DNA of 41,712 nt from a virus (IMGVR_UViG_3300010361_000019:1-41712); one strand, 5' to 3'; counted from the first letter of the stretch, positions 7,962 to 18,662 are shown. The notes: generated by a model from the sequence alone, not told the origin. A program made the numbers and translations.

Positions 7962-10090
7962 TGTTCTGCCGCCAACGGATCGCGCTTCCTGACAACGCTG
8001 CGCTTTGGCCTGCCCTCAGACCCGGCAACAGCGGCAGATGTTCCGCCAGCTAATGCAGGCTCCAGCACGTCCTGTATACGGGTAGGCGTCCCCGCCAAGT
8101 AGTTTTTCATAGCTTGCGGCATTGATGTTTCGGCCAGCAATCTCTGCCCTAGCGGAGTATCAAAAATATTGGGAGAGAATAAAAGCCGAGCAACGCGATT
8201 GTTCAACTCCGGGTCGGGGGTTCTCACATAATCTCGGTGCATCAGATACAATTCACGGACGGTCTGAAAAAACCGTTGTTCCAGAAAATGCCGTGCTGTA
8301 CTCACCCCCCGCGCGAACACTCCCGATGCGCCAGCTTCCGCATCAGCCGCCAAATCTCTCGACGTGCGCGATCCTTTCAGCACTTCGTTTCTGGTGACCT
8401 GCATAGCGTGTTCGTCGTTAACGGCTTGGATAAAGTTGTAATAATCATCATCCGATTTGAAGAACGGTCGCACTTGCGCCTTCGTCCATCCGTTATTCTT
8501 CAGCAACGCCCGACTGGCATCAGTACCAAGTCCGGTCTTCGCCAATCGCTCTCGCATGGTGTCTGCTAGACCTATTCGCGCAAACTCCCTGTCGCTTTCG
8601 GACATCGCCGCAAGGTCTTCAGCTATCTCTTCCGGATTTGATCTAAATGCGTTTTGTCCAACCGTCACAGCATCCATACTGGCCGAGTATCCACCCCATG
8701 CCTCACGAGCTTTCTTATAAGCCCCGCTGGGATCGAGGCTGTCCAGCATTTCGACATAGCCCTTTTTCAACTGTACTAGCGACTTACCCCGTATAGTTAG
8801 TTTTCCAGTAATCTCGTTTCTCTCCTTGGCAATCATTGCATCCAAACCGCGCTTGCCCATGTCGAGAACGCGCATATTGGGTACGCGCGTAAATCCGGCT
8901 TCAGTCTCACCAGCACCAATATCCTTCAGATAAATTCCCAGCATTGTGGGGTCGAACTCCTCACGCCGACCCAGCGCCATATTGCTTTCAATTTCATAAC
9001 CCAGAGCTATGCCTTTTCGGATATTTCTACCGGCCGGTGTCTGGCTACCAATGAATAAATTGATGTCTTCGCTAGGGGCGAATTTAAGATTATCTGTTAT
9101 TTCGTAGAACGGCTTTGCCGCCGCGTCACGACTGATTGCAAGCGCTTGTGCTGTTTGACGGGCAGTCCGCCCGCTATACAAATGAACGCCAATGTCATTT
9201 AACAACCGATCAAACGCAGCTTCCGAACGCTGAGACAGGAACTGGTCGGCATATTGCTGACCTTCACCATATCGAGAGGCGTGGGCGGCAAGCGACAGGA
9301 CAGCCCTGTCACCAACGTCGGCTATGGTCATTGGCTTACCGGCGGCCTGCGCGCGGTTCATCAACTCCATCATCTGTTGAGCCGTGGCACCGCCGTACTT
9401 GGTGCCTGAATTGATACGATCCAGAACTTGAGCAACAGCCTTATCTTCTACCGTGCCCTGCGGCAGTCTGCTGGTCAGAAATTTCAACAGAGCATTAGTG
9501 CCAACACTGGCACCCTTGCCAGCAACGCTAAATCCCCAACCCAGTCCTACTCCGGTCGCGGCTTGTTGAGCCTTGGTCTTCCAGTAATCCTTGCTCTCAT
9601 CAACAGGCTGAAGCGCGGCAGGAACAGCGCCACCAGCGATACCGCGTACCAACGACCCAGCTTCCGGCAGAAGTTTCATTCCCGCGCCAATCGCGCCGCC
9701 CATCCCAGCGCCACCCATGACATTGCCCAGTAAGCGCCCGCCCGTAACACCTTCCGGCTCACCGGACGGCACCTTCGCATCGGTGACAACGCCTTCCTGA
9801 CCTGCACCCGGCGCTGCCGGGGCTTGCGGTATGACACCGGATTTCTCAAGTATATTTTCCCCGAGTTGCCTTGCCCCAACGGCACCAATCCCCTCCAAAA
9901 TCCCGTAACCGACATCAGTACCAAAATCGGTCTGTGACGGTGCCATGCTCTTAGCGACAAGACGACGCTTTATCTCATCATCCGTAAGCCCCTTGGGCAC
10001 GCGAATTGTATGTTCCTGCCCCCGAATGCGGACCTGCCTTTCCTCCGTCTCCGGGGCTGGCGTATCAACAGTTTTAAGATCGTCTGCCAT
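7958..10090 (-). CDS. Internal virion/ejection protein
   Basis: 710 aa, helical, with Gly/Ala-rich hydrophobic N-terminal segments; third large gene after the nozzle, as in podovirus ejectosome gene order. Confidence 0.65.
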   Translation of the reverse strand: MADDLKTVDTPAPETEERQVRIRGQEHTIRVPKGLTDDEIKRRLVAKSMAPSQTDFGTDVGYGILEGIGAVGARQLGENILEKSGVIPQAPAAPGAGQEGVVTDAKVPSGEPEGVTGGRLLGNVMGGAGMGGAIGAGMKLLPEAGSLVRGIAGGAVPAALQPVDESKDYWKTKAQQAATGVGLGWGFSVAGKGASVGTNALLKFLTSRLPQGTVEDKAVAQVLDRINSGTKYGGATAQQMMELMNRAQAAGKPMTIADVGDRAVLSLAAHASRYGEGQQYADQFLSQRSEAAFDRLLNDIGVHLYSGRTARQTAQALAISRDAAAKPFYEITDNLKFAPSEDINLFIGSQTPAGRNIRKGIALGYEIESNMALGRREEFDPTMLGIYLKDIGAGETEAGFTRVPNMRVLDMGKRGLDAMIAKERNEITGKLTIRGKSLVQLKKGYVEMLDSLDPSGAYKKAREAWGGYSASMDAVTVGQNAFRSNPEEIAEDLAAMSESDREFARIGLADTMRERLAKTGLGTDASRALLKNNGWTKAQVRPFFKSDDDYYNFIQAVNDEHAMQVTRNEVLKGSRTSRDLAADAEAGASGVFARGVSTARHFLEQRFFQTVRELYLMHRDYVRTPDPELNNRVARLLFSPNIFDTPLGQRLLAETSMPQAMKNYLAGTPTRIQDVLEPALAGGTSAAVAGSEGRPKRSVVRKRDPLAAEQ

Positions 10091-12438
10091 TATTTAATAA
10101 TCTCGATGTCGTCTGGTGTGAGCGGCTTTTGATTGCCGCGCCGCGACGGGATGCCGGTGTAGCCACTGACATCGCTATTAGGCTTCATTGCATCGAGTTC
10201 AGCCTTGGAGAAATAGGCGCGGGTTTCCGGCAGCAACATGCGGCTGAACTCGCTTTCCGGCTGTCCAGTAGCGACCATGAAGCCGTATTTCATAGCGCGA
10301 AGCTGCCCGACGAGAAGCTTTGTAGCAATGCCAATCGCACCATCGATCTGTTCTTGCGACCGAAACCGGGCAAAGAACTTCGCTGCCTCGTCGCGTTCCT
10401 CACCAGTACCAAGCTGACCACGCTGGATCGCCTTGATCACTTCATTTCCAACGATGATGGCGGCAACATTGGCGTCTGTCGGCGCTTCCTGGCCAAACTC
10501 CTCGCCCCACCAAGAGGCAATCCTGTTGAACCTTGTCCAGTCCGACCTGTCTTGTGCGTCCGATAAGTCCTTCAAGACTTGAAGATGCTGAACGACTACG
10601 TTCATAGAGGTAATCGTCTGCCCCTGGGTGCCGCTCTCGTATCTGTTAAGAGCAACTTGCTGAGTATGATAAAGCTGCCAGTTCTTAGTGCGCTGGGCGA
10701 TCAGCTTCTGCGGGTCGTCTTTTAATTCCGGATATCTTTCTTTCAGCAACTCCAGCGCTCTCGCTTGTACCGCTCCCATGATCTGCGGGCCGACAGTACG
10801 CGCGCCAAGATAATGCGGCAGCATGCCAGTCTCGTTAAAAGTTTCAGCCGCTGCATCTATTGCTTCCGGTGCCCACCCCTGCATAGACGGATCAATTTTA
10901 ATGTTTCCCTTACTGTATTGCTGAACAAACGTATTATATTGCTCCTGAACTTCCGGCGGTTGCTGGGAGCGCCACTCTTTGCCTTGCGGACTATCAAGCC
11001 ACTGCGGGTTCCACATCTGCTTTAAGCGTTCCGCCGACAACTTGGAATGTTGCTTGGCATCCGCCCAATCTTGGAAAATCTTGCGATGCGCTGCTTCGCG
11101 CTCCTCTGGAGTTGCTTCCGGATGAGCGTTGTCCCAATCATTCTCAGCCATCCGCATATTGCGTTCTTGTGTAGAAAGTTTCCCCCACTGTTGGTTATTT
11201 ATCCAATCGGCATAAATCTTATTGTGAGCGGCCGTCTTTTCGTCATCCGACGCATCTTGATGGTTCTGATCCCAGACGGCCATCTGCCGTCTGACTTCCT
11301 CATTGCCAATCGTGCCTTTTCCAGTAGAGCGCGCAGCCGCGATACCGGAAAGCATGTCGTTGATCATCTTTCGTTGTGGATCAGGGTCCATTTCGAGGAA
11401 CCCAGGGGTCGTATACAACCCTCTCAACCCTGCCGCTTCTGCCGTTGTAGGGACGCTGGTATCGATAGCCATATTGGCTCGCGTCAGAATAGCGTGCATC
11501 TTCTGAGGATCGGGCCGTTTCTTACCGGACGCATATTCAGGCTTAAGCTTGCCATCAAATCCGTATGGCCACTCCGGATCGCCCTGTACCATCATCGTCC
11601 AAGCGTTACTTTCCTGAAGTGCTTTGCGGGAGCTAGCCAATTTCTCTTGTAATGTCGCCAATCCTTCCTGTGCCTCTATTGCTTCTTTATCGAAGCCATA
11701 GTTCAACAAGTTCATTGTGCGTGTGTCGTTATACATCGTGGCGTTTTGCGCCATCTTCTCGCGCCACTGCTCGAAATTGGTCTTGCGCAATTCATTCAAA
11801 TCCTGAAAGGCGCGCTGCTGAATATCCATGCGTTTGAGCACAAGGTCAGTGTTATCTTTCCACGCCTTAAACGCCTCGTCATAAGCATCCATGTCACCTT
11901 GATTGATGGCGTTCATTACCGCCGCACCGCCATTGAGCGCCGACACCATCGGCATGGCAGTGAAAGCGCTTGCCATCATTGCGATCAGAAAGCCCGGTGA
12001 CCCGAACTGCTCCCACAGATCATGTTTGCGCGATGCCATCTCGCGCCTTGCGTCCCATGGCCGCAACTCATTTGCAGTCGCCATCTGGGCGCTGAACATT
12101 TGCTCCATTCGTTGGGAGTATTGGCGGTCTAGGCGATCTTGTTCACGGAGCGCCGAGCCCTCCACCATGATCTTGTTCCGCAGCGCTTCCCTGTCGTCCT
12201 CAAGCAATCCCTGCATCACACTCGGAGTACCGCCGCCCAGCGGAGACGGCGGAAACGGCGAGGTATCATCGGATGCGACTGTGGTGCCAAAAGTCCCGCC
12301 TGGAAATGATTGGTCAGGGTCTGCCGGTGTTAGCGATGCGGTAACCGCCGGTACAGGAAATGGCGGCGGGTCAGGCGGCTGTCCCGCTCGCATATCAGCA
12401 GTTGATCGTGGGATATCCGGGTCTTGTTCAAGGGCCAT
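10090..12438 (-). CDS. Internal virion/ejection protein
   Basis: 782 aa, coiled-coil rich, with one hydrophobic segment (FLIAMMASAFTAM); synteny. Confidence 0.65.
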   Translation of the reverse strand: MALEQDPDIPRSTADMRAGQPPDPPPFPVPAVTASLTPADPDQSFPGGTFGTTVASDDTSPFPPSPLGGGTPSVMQGLLEDDREALRNKIMVEGSALREQDRLDRQYSQRMEQMFSAQMATANELRPWDARREMASRKHDLWEQFGSPGFLIAMMASAFTAMPMVSALNGGAAVMNAINQGDMDAYDEAFKAWKDNTDLVLKRMDIQQRAFQDLNELRKTNFEQWREKMAQNATMYNDTRTMNLLNYGFDKEAIEAQEGLATLQEKLASSRKALQESNAWTMMVQGDPEWPYGFDGKLKPEYASGKKRPDPQKMHAILTRANMAIDTSVPTTAEAAGLRGLYTTPGFLEMDPDPQRKMINDMLSGIAAARSTGKGTIGNEEVRRQMAVWDQNHQDASDDEKTAAHNKIYADWINNQQWGKLSTQERNMRMAENDWDNAHPEATPEEREAAHRKIFQDWADAKQHSKLSAERLKQMWNPQWLDSPQGKEWRSQQPPEVQEQYNTFVQQYSKGNIKIDPSMQGWAPEAIDAAAETFNETGMLPHYLGARTVGPQIMGAVQARALELLKERYPELKDDPQKLIAQRTKNWQLYHTQQVALNRYESGTQGQTITSMNVVVQHLQVLKDLSDAQDRSDWTRFNRIASWWGEEFGQEAPTDANVAAIIVGNEVIKAIQRGQLGTGEERDEAAKFFARFRSQEQIDGAIGIATKLLVGQLRAMKYGFMVATGQPESEFSRMLLPETRAYFSKAELDAMKPNSDVSGYTGIPSRRGNQKPLTPDDIEIIK

Positions 12439-13800
12439 TTACGCCCCCAGCAATGTCTGCGAAGCCGTTGCGCCCGGTGTATTCAGATTGAGATTGAAGC
12501 CGGTTCCTTGCCCAGCCACTTTCATGGTGCCGCCGCTCATCGCCGCAGCAAAGTTGGCAATCGAGTTGCTGGTTACTTGCTCAAGCGCGATATCCAATCG
12601 CTGCATCATCATCGGAAGTTCAGCCGAAATCTGCGTGGCACTTAACCCCGATGACAGCAACGAATTGGCGGTATCCACGAATTGTTTGCCGATGGTTTCC
12701 TGCAACGCCAGGACTTGGTTATCGACCGCATTAAGGTCCTGCGCCAACATCGTATTCTTGTTTATATCGCCAGACTGTCCCTGACTGGTATAGCTTTGAA
12801 TGACCCGCGCCCTTTGCGAGTTGCGGAAATTATCCAGCATCGCCTTTACCGGACCCGGCAACTGTCCGCCGGTCATCATCGCCTCGCCGATATTGATCAT
12901 AGGCTGCGCCGCACCCAACGCCGCCTGTCGTGCTCCCGCAGCCTGATTAGCGGCATCAGCTACTTGTTGCTGAACCTTCTTGAGCGCCTGTTGGCTCTGG
13001 TAACCGCCATACAGGTTTAAGCCCAATCCAGCTATACCAAGATCGGTCATCGGATTGCCCAGCGCGGTGCCCAATTTCCCTGGGAACGCGCTTAAGCTCT
13101 GCATGAAGTTTGATCCGAACGTGCCCCCAGCAGGGGGCGCAGCGGTTCCGGTTGCCGCTGCCGTTGCCGCGTCAGTGCCGCCAAATGGAATTGGCTGCGC
13201 TCCCATCCCCGGATCAAATGGTGTAGGGGCGGGACCGAAGACACTCCCTGCGCCACCCCCGCCCGCCACCCCTGGCGTTCCGGCCGTAAAATCTCCGCCT
13301 GTAAACGCAACATCCGGCCCGACTGGGGTATTTAGAAAGCTTGGCCCCATTGCGGTATCACCAAACCCGCCAGCTTCGGCAATGGATGGAGCTACAGTTG
13401 TGTCCCCCGCAGGCAAAAGGCCAAGTCCGGGCGTGGCGGTAGATACCGCTGGGGCGGTTACATCAGCCGGTATAGCCGCCTCTCCGGTCATCGCAGCCAT
13501 CATTTCTGGGTCAGCAAATGTCACATCGGCGGCTGTCAGCCCACCAAGTTCGCCCGCCCCGGCCCCCGCCGTCTCCGCAGCCGCCAACCCGCCCTCTGCG
13601 GCTGCGCCAACGCCTACATCCGCCAATGCACCAAGCCCTACCCCTCCCAGCGCCACCGCAGGAAGGGCGATTTCCAGGGCTTTGGCCCAAGTCGGTTGAT
13701 TGGAGAACGAGGAACCGAAATCCTTAAATATGTTCGACGGGGCAAGGTCCTCGCCCAAGTTGCCAAAATTGCCGTGGAACAGGTCACTAAGGAAGCTCAT
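12439..13800 (-). CDS. DNA pilot/ejection protein
   Basis: 453 aa, Ala/Gly-rich N half and Gln-rich helical C half; synteny. Confidence 0.6.
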   Translation of the reverse strand: MSFLSDLFHGNFGNLGEDLAPSNIFKDFGSSFSNQPTWAKALEIALPAVALGGVGLGALADVGVGAAAEGGLAAAETAGAGAGELGGLTAADVTFADPEMMAAMTGEAAIPADVTAPAVSTATPGLGLLPAGDTTVAPSIAEAGGFGDTAMGPSFLNTPVGPDVAFTGGDFTAGTPGVAGGGGAGSVFGPAPTPFDPGMGAQPIPFGGTDAATAAATGTAAPPAGGTFGSNFMQSLSAFPGKLGTALGNPMTDLGIAGLGLNLYGGYQSQQALKKVQQQVADAANQAAGARQAALGAAQPMINIGEAMMTGGQLPGPVKAMLDNFRNSQRARVIQSYTSQGQSGDINKNTMLAQDLNAVDNQVLALQETIGKQFVDTANSLLSSGLSATQISAELPMMMQRLDIALEQVTSNSIANFAAAMSGGTMKVAGQGTGFNLNLNTPGATASQTLLGA

Positions 13801-14141
13801 CAGCCAACTCCCAACGCTGCGCTTATGCGTTGATGCTCTGTGGCATTAAGGCGAAGCCACATCGCGAACTGGTCCTCGTCTCGCCAATCCATCTCTAGCA
13901 AATTGTACCCGGTAGTCCCAAGCGCGGCATTGATCTGATCATGTGCTACTTGGTGGTTGTAGAGCCACATCCCTAAATCATCGGGGTCGATAGGGCTAAG
14001 AACGAACTGCTGGAAGCCGAAAACCTTCTTGACCGCGCCCGCTGCCGGTATCCAATCATAGTGATTAGCGGCATGGTTGAACGCCCAAGACTGCCAATCC
14101 TCTGGGGTTCGCGGCTGGCTGTATAGAAACGGCAAACTCAT
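13800..14141 (-). CDS. Hypothetical protein with WxxxHxxxH repeats
   Basis: WAFNHAANH / WLYNHQVAH / WLRLNATEH. Confidence 0.7.
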   Translation of the reverse strand: MSLPFLYSQPRTPEDWQSWAFNHAANHYDWIPAAGAVKKVFGFQQFVLSPIDPDDLGMWLYNHQVAHDQINAALGTTGYNLLEMDWRDEDQFAMWLRLNATEHQRISAALGVG

Positions 14142-16477
14142 GCGCGATACCCCACGATTTGGTCCTGTAGCGCTATCGAGACGATCTGGAGATCGTCCGC
14201 AGTGGTCTGTACCGTCATCCCGGTCAGCACTCCCATCTGCGCCACGGCAGTTGGCGGCATTATGGAGAACGTCTCGTTGTCTCCCGTAACTCCAGCGTGC
14301 ACATAGGGTCCTGCGCGACCGGTCGCCCCCTTTTCGTTATCGACATAGACGTTGTAGGTCAGTTGTGCCGCGCCCTGGAACTGAGCAATGGCGAACAGAT
14401 TGGTCGAGGTCTTGGTAAAATCATAACCGGCTGGCGCATCCCACAGCTTGGTCTGCATTGTCTTGGTGAAACCAACAGACGGCGTGGTGAACAGTGGATA
14501 AATGTGCGTTCCGTCCGTGCCGTAGGACTGGAATACCGAATTAAACTCTTGCGCCTGAATAAACGTAAGCGTCACGTCTTGTTCTGACGACCACCAATAC
14601 TTTTCATTGAACATGAATAGTTTATTGCGCGTAGTTTTGGACACCGGATCGATAATCGGCACCAAAACCATATAGACCACTTTGCCGAAAATCAGGTCCT
14701 TGGCCGACGATAGCTGCAATCCAGCAAAGGTATCCGCTGCGGAGTTGTAGACGCCATCCAACGGCTCCGACTTTTTCTGAAACGTACCGCCAGTCGAAAC
14801 ATAAACTCCGTTCTGGTTCGCCATGAAGATGTCAGTGCCCAGCGTCGTCACTGATGCCGGATAAGGCGTCCCATCTTCAGGATCGGAGTTGTTGTTGGTG
14901 AATGTCGTCGTCGGATTGCCGCCCTGCGGAGTGTTGGTTTGCACTCCGGAGATATAGTTCATCGAGCTATCGCCGATCAGAAACAAGAACCCATTGGTCT
15001 GTAGCAGGCGTGTATAGCCTACGCGCAAGAAGCTATCGGACGACGTAAACGTCCCGCCGCCAGCAGAAGTGGCAAAGTTACTTACTGAACCGGGCGCGCT
15101 AAACGTGATCGTAGGACCGTTCGCTATCCAAACGTGCCCTGCATAAGTCTCGACGCAAGTTCCCCGAAGACCGAACGGCATCAAAGACGCCGTAGCCGTA
15201 GCCGTTATCGCGACATCGTTCACCGTCAATGTCGGGGCAACATTGGTGTCATAAACGCCCCCGCTCTGAATTGTCGTTCCCGTAATAACGCCACCAACAA
15301 TAACCGGAGTGATAACCGCCTGGACTTCGCCAGACCCACTGCCGCCACCACTCGCAGTAATGGTGGTTGACGGGCTGTAATTGGTCCCGGTCGGAGTACC
15401 GGTAACGCTGGTAACGGTAAAATGGACAGGATCAGAAACCGTGATGGTGGGGAACTTATTGTCGCCGGTGTCCCAAATGTTATTGCTAGGACTACCAAGC
15501 GGATTGATAGTAACTCCCGTAATTACTCCTCCAGTAACGGTCAAAGAGATCGATGGCGGAACACCGCCAGTGGTATTCCAAAAATCGTTAAATCCACTCG
15601 GCGTATGCCAAGTCGCAGTCGCTAAACTCGAATATCCGGACCCGCCACTAATAATGTTGATGGATTGAATGTAGTAGCCTTTGACGTTGGGAGCGCTGAA
15701 CACCAGCCCCCAAGTAATCGTGATATTCGCTCCGGAGCCGCCGGGAGCCGAAGATAAAACCGCCGTCAGCGCTGCGCCCGATCCAGCCTGAGTGCCGCCG
15801 ACAAGCGTTACCGTGACTACGTCTCCAGCCTGATAGCCACTGCCGGGATTGGTGATGGCAATATTAGTAACCGAACCATTGGCAATGCTCGCCGATGCTG
15901 CCGCGCCGCTGCCGCTGCCGCCAGAGAACTGTACTGACGGACTTGATACATAAGCGCTGCCGGGATTGGTTAACGTAATTGTCGGAGCTAACGTGCCTGC
16001 CGTAAAAAGATGTACTCCATCCCATACCCAATAACCGTTCGGTTGATTGGCGACGATAATCAGATATTGGCTTCCATACTGAGCAACCCCAACCTGAGTA
16101 ATGACAGGATTAGCGATACTCCCAGCAGCAAGGATTGTTGTCACAACTCCGCCGGGAGCGGTGACCTGCACTACCGACCCGTCCGACAAAAACACGACCG
16201 CGTAGGGCGTGCTACCAATGTTATAGAAATCAAAACAGACGACGTTTGGCGGATTGGCTGCGGTGAACAGCGCTGCGCCGATGCCGGGCAGAACACGGAG
16301 ATTGCGCGGTGCAACCGGCATGAAACCGTCGCACCAGAACATCTGCTGATCGGGAACACCCGCCCGCGTTGTCGAAGTGTTTATGCCCTGGAATAGTTCG
16401 CAAGCTAGCGGGGGAGGCCCCGGCCTTAGCGAGCCACCGTCGCCCTGATCCTGCTGCTGTCGTTGTTGCGGGGGCAC
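14138..16477 (-). CDS. Tail nozzle / DNA stabilisation protein (beta-propeller type) with inserted beta-repeat domains
   Basis: 779 aa all-beta; 'FQGIN' start, 'YAGHVWIANG..ITFSAPG'; position after the adaptors; internal NPGSGY repeats. Confidence 0.7.
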   Translation of the reverse strand: MPPQQRQQQDQGDGGSLRPGPPPLACELFQGINTSTTRAGVPDQQMFWCDGFMPVAPRNLRVLPGIGAALFTAANPPNVVCFDFYNIGSTPYAVVFLSDGSVVQVTAPGGVVTTILAAGSIANPVITQVGVAQYGSQYLIIVANQPNGYWVWDGVHLFTAGTLAPTITLTNPGSAYVSSPSVQFSGGSGSGAAASASIANGSVTNIAITNPGSGYQAGDVVTVTLVGGTQAGSGAALTAVLSSAPGGSGANITITWGLVFSAPNVKGYYIQSINIISGGSGYSSLATATWHTPSGFNDFWNTTGGVPPSISLTVTGGVITGVTINPLGSPSNNIWDTGDNKFPTITVSDPVHFTVTSVTGTPTGTNYSPSTTITASGGGSGSGEVQAVITPVIVGGVITGTTIQSGGVYDTNVAPTLTVNDVAITATATASLMPFGLRGTCVETYAGHVWIANGPTITFSAPGSVSNFATSAGGGTFTSSDSFLRVGYTRLLQTNGFLFLIGDSSMNYISGVQTNTPQGGNPTTTFTNNNSDPEDGTPYPASVTTLGTDIFMANQNGVYVSTGGTFQKKSEPLDGVYNSAADTFAGLQLSSAKDLIFGKVVYMVLVPIIDPVSKTTRNKLFMFNEKYWWSSEQDVTLTFIQAQEFNSVFQSYGTDGTHIYPLFTTPSVGFTKTMQTKLWDAPAGYDFTKTSTNLFAIAQFQGAAQLTYNVYVDNEKGATGRAGPYVHAGVTGDNETFSIMPPTAVAQMGVLTGMTVQTTADDLQIVSIALQDQIVGYRA

Positions 16478-16912
16478 TTACACCCTCGCAAATGTTATTT
16501 CTTCAGTGAACAATTTACGGAAACATTCTTTGATGTGCTGGGTCGGCACATCAGTTGACACACCAACAACAACTTTTTCTACCGACATCGATTTGGCCCA
16601 GCGCTTGATCTCTTCGTAAAGCGATGCCGCCTGCTCGACGTGATTGATGTTGGTGCGATCCCTGCACCAGACAAACCGTTCGTAAACAACCGGATGCTCG
16701 TCCATCAGATCGAGCACCACGACTTCCGCCAGCGCTATGGCCCAGTCGGTTCGGATAAACAGAATGTCGTTGCGATTAGCCGCCATGCGCAGCCAGTTCG
16801 CCAGCGTCACTTCGCTCTTACTGGGATAGCGCGCCCGCAGCTTCTGCATGATCCAGCCAGCATTGGTGGTCAGATCGGCCGAACTGAACCGTCGTATCGT
16901 GGGAGCTAGCAT
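16478..16912 (-). CDS. GNAT-fold-like tail assembly protein
   Basis: AGGAGA RBS before ATG 16912; 'VYERFVWC...SLYEEIKRWAKSMSVEKVVVG' resembles GNAT-like proteins found near podovirus nozzle genes. Confidence 0.55.
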   Translation of the reverse strand: MLAPTIRRFSSADLTTNAGWIMQKLRARYPSKSEVTLANWLRMAANRNDILFIRTDWAIALAEVVVLDLMDEHPVVYERFVWCRDRTNINHVEQAASLYEEIKRWAKSMSVEKVVVGVSTDVPTQHIKECFRKLFTEEITFARV

Positions 16913-16950
16913 GGTCAAATCTCCTAACGGCGCATACACCAAATACCAGA

Positions 16951-17883
16951 TCAGTATCTCCCGTATGGGTTCACGACCCGCCCGATGCGCGCCTCGCCAG
17001 AGTAGTCCACCGCCAGCTTGTTATAGAGGTCGAGGTAATACTTGCTGGCGTTGAGGTTCTGAAGTTCCTGATAGGCCATCGAAGCGGCCCAGTATGGCGG
17101 CAACTCATCCCATGGCGATTGAATGATCTCGACGCTCTGGTCATCCGTCAGGTCTTGCGGCAGGCACTGCATGTCCCATTCCATCTGATAGGTCTGAGAC
17201 GGCAGCGGGTAAACATAGAGCGAGCCCAGCGTGCCCTGGCCGTACTGCGAACAGAACGTGGGAACGTACTGATACTGAAACGGATACTGCCGGATCATCG
17301 CCTGATAAGTCGAGAACGAGTACATCGGCAGCGAGTAGCGATAGTTGGCGTAGATGATGCTCACACCGCGCACGCCATAAACCGACGCCACGCCGGGAAA
17401 CTCCGTCAGATCGACCGAGCTAAACGGATACACCTCCTGGCCTCTGTTCAACGTCAGAACGAATGACACAACCGGCACGGCAGTTGCCCCGGAGCCGGTC
17501 GGATCGATGATCGTCATCTGCGGCTGGAAATAGCCGTAGCCGCCGTAACTGTTATTGATCGAAGTGATGTGGCCGCCAACCACAACGGCCGACGCTACCG
17601 CCTGATCACCGTTAGGGAACGGCAACTGCCCGGACGGAAAGTCCGGGGGCGTGATGTTCAGAACTGGAGAAGCCGAGTAATTGCTGCCCTGGGTATTGAC
17701 GGTCCAACTCAAAATCTGGCCGCTGATCGAACTCTTGATCCGGATGCATTGACACTGGCTGGCAATCTTGCGCCGCCCGCGATTGACATAGCGCTTGAGG
17801 TTATCCGGAGCGATGCGCGCTTGGTTCTGATCACCAATGAACTGCTGGGTCATCTTCATGTGATCGAACAAGGTCGTGGTCAT
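16951..17883 (-). CDS. Head-tail adaptor / tail tubular protein paralogue 2 (with inserted beta domain)
   Basis: 'YVNRGRRKIA..CIRI', 'LYVYPLP', 'PQDL...WDELPPYWAA' adaptor pattern. Confidence 0.7.
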   Translation of the reverse strand: MTTTLFDHMKMTQQFIGDQNQARIAPDNLKRYVNRGRRKIASQCQCIRIKSSISGQILSWTVNTQGSNYSASPVLNITPPDFPSGQLPFPNGDQAVASAVVVGGHITSINNSYGGYGYFQPQMTIIDPTGSGATAVPVVSFVLTLNRGQEVYPFSSVDLTEFPGVASVYGVRGVSIIYANYRYSLPMYSFSTYQAMIRQYPFQYQYVPTFCSQYGQGTLGSLYVYPLPSQTYQMEWDMQCLPQDLTDDQSVEIIQSPWDELPPYWAASMAYQELQNLNASKYYLDLYNKLAVDYSGEARIGRVVNPYGRY

Positions 17884-18662
17884 GCCGCCGCTCCACGCCC
17901 GCCTGACGGCAAGCCCATCTGATTAAGCGCGGTCGGATCGGGCACCTGCTCGTAAAGATACTTGTTGACATCCGGGGTCGCAGCAACGCGGGCACGCTGC
18001 ACAAACTGCGTGTAGTACTGATAATAGCGCTCCGCCTCTGCCATGCGCGCCGATGTCTGCGCCGACAGCAAGGCGTAGTAGGCGGCATAGAACGGCACCG
18101 CATCCGTCCACAGATACGGGATGGCTTCGAAGTCAGTATCTGCCGCCAGTGCTATCGGGTAGCAGACACAATCGCAGGTCAGGGTATAAATCCCGTCCGG
18201 GATCGGATCGATAAAGAAGCTGCCAGTCCCCATGGCCCCGGTGCCTATGCCGGTAATGGAGCCCAGTCCCGCCGACCCTTGCGCGTACTGCGCCCAGACG
18301 GCTGGAGGTCCCGGAACCGGCACCGGATTGTTCATGTGGTACAGGTCGAACCATGGCCAGGAGCGCGGCTCGATCCACTTGAACCCCTGCGCAATGGCGT
18401 AGCGGATCGCCCGGATATGGATGATGCCTTGAACACCAGTTACGGATGGAGTTCCGCCAAGACTAAGACCAGAGAAATTATAGTTCCGCTGGTTCAGGAT
18501 TGTGGGGATCGTACCCTGGACACGAACGCACTGCGCCTCGCCCGCAAGCTGCCCCCTGGCGACGTTCACGTAATAGGTGATGTCCGCCGTGGAATAGAGC
18601 GTAGTCGGCGCTCCGGGGTTCTGGAGCAACCGCTGGGTCTGGGTGATGTACGAGGTCAGCAC
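17880..18662 (-). CDS. Head-tail adaptor / tail tubular protein paralogue 1
   Basis: GTG start with AGGAG; 'YVNVARGQLA..CVRV', 'FFIDPIP', 'PIAL...WTDAVPFYAA'. Confidence 0.7.
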   Translation of the reverse strand: MLTSYITQTQRLLQNPGAPTTLYSTADITYYVNVARGQLAGEAQCVRVQGTIPTILNQRNYNFSGLSLGGTPSVTGVQGIIHIRAIRYAIAQGFKWIEPRSWPWFDLYHMNNPVPVPGPPAVWAQYAQGSAGLGSITGIGTGAMGTGSFFIDPIPDGIYTLTCDCVCYPIALAADTDFEAIPYLWTDAVPFYAAYYALLSAQTSARMAEAERYYQYYTQFVQRARVAATPDVNKYLYEQVPDPTALNQMGLPSGGRGAAA

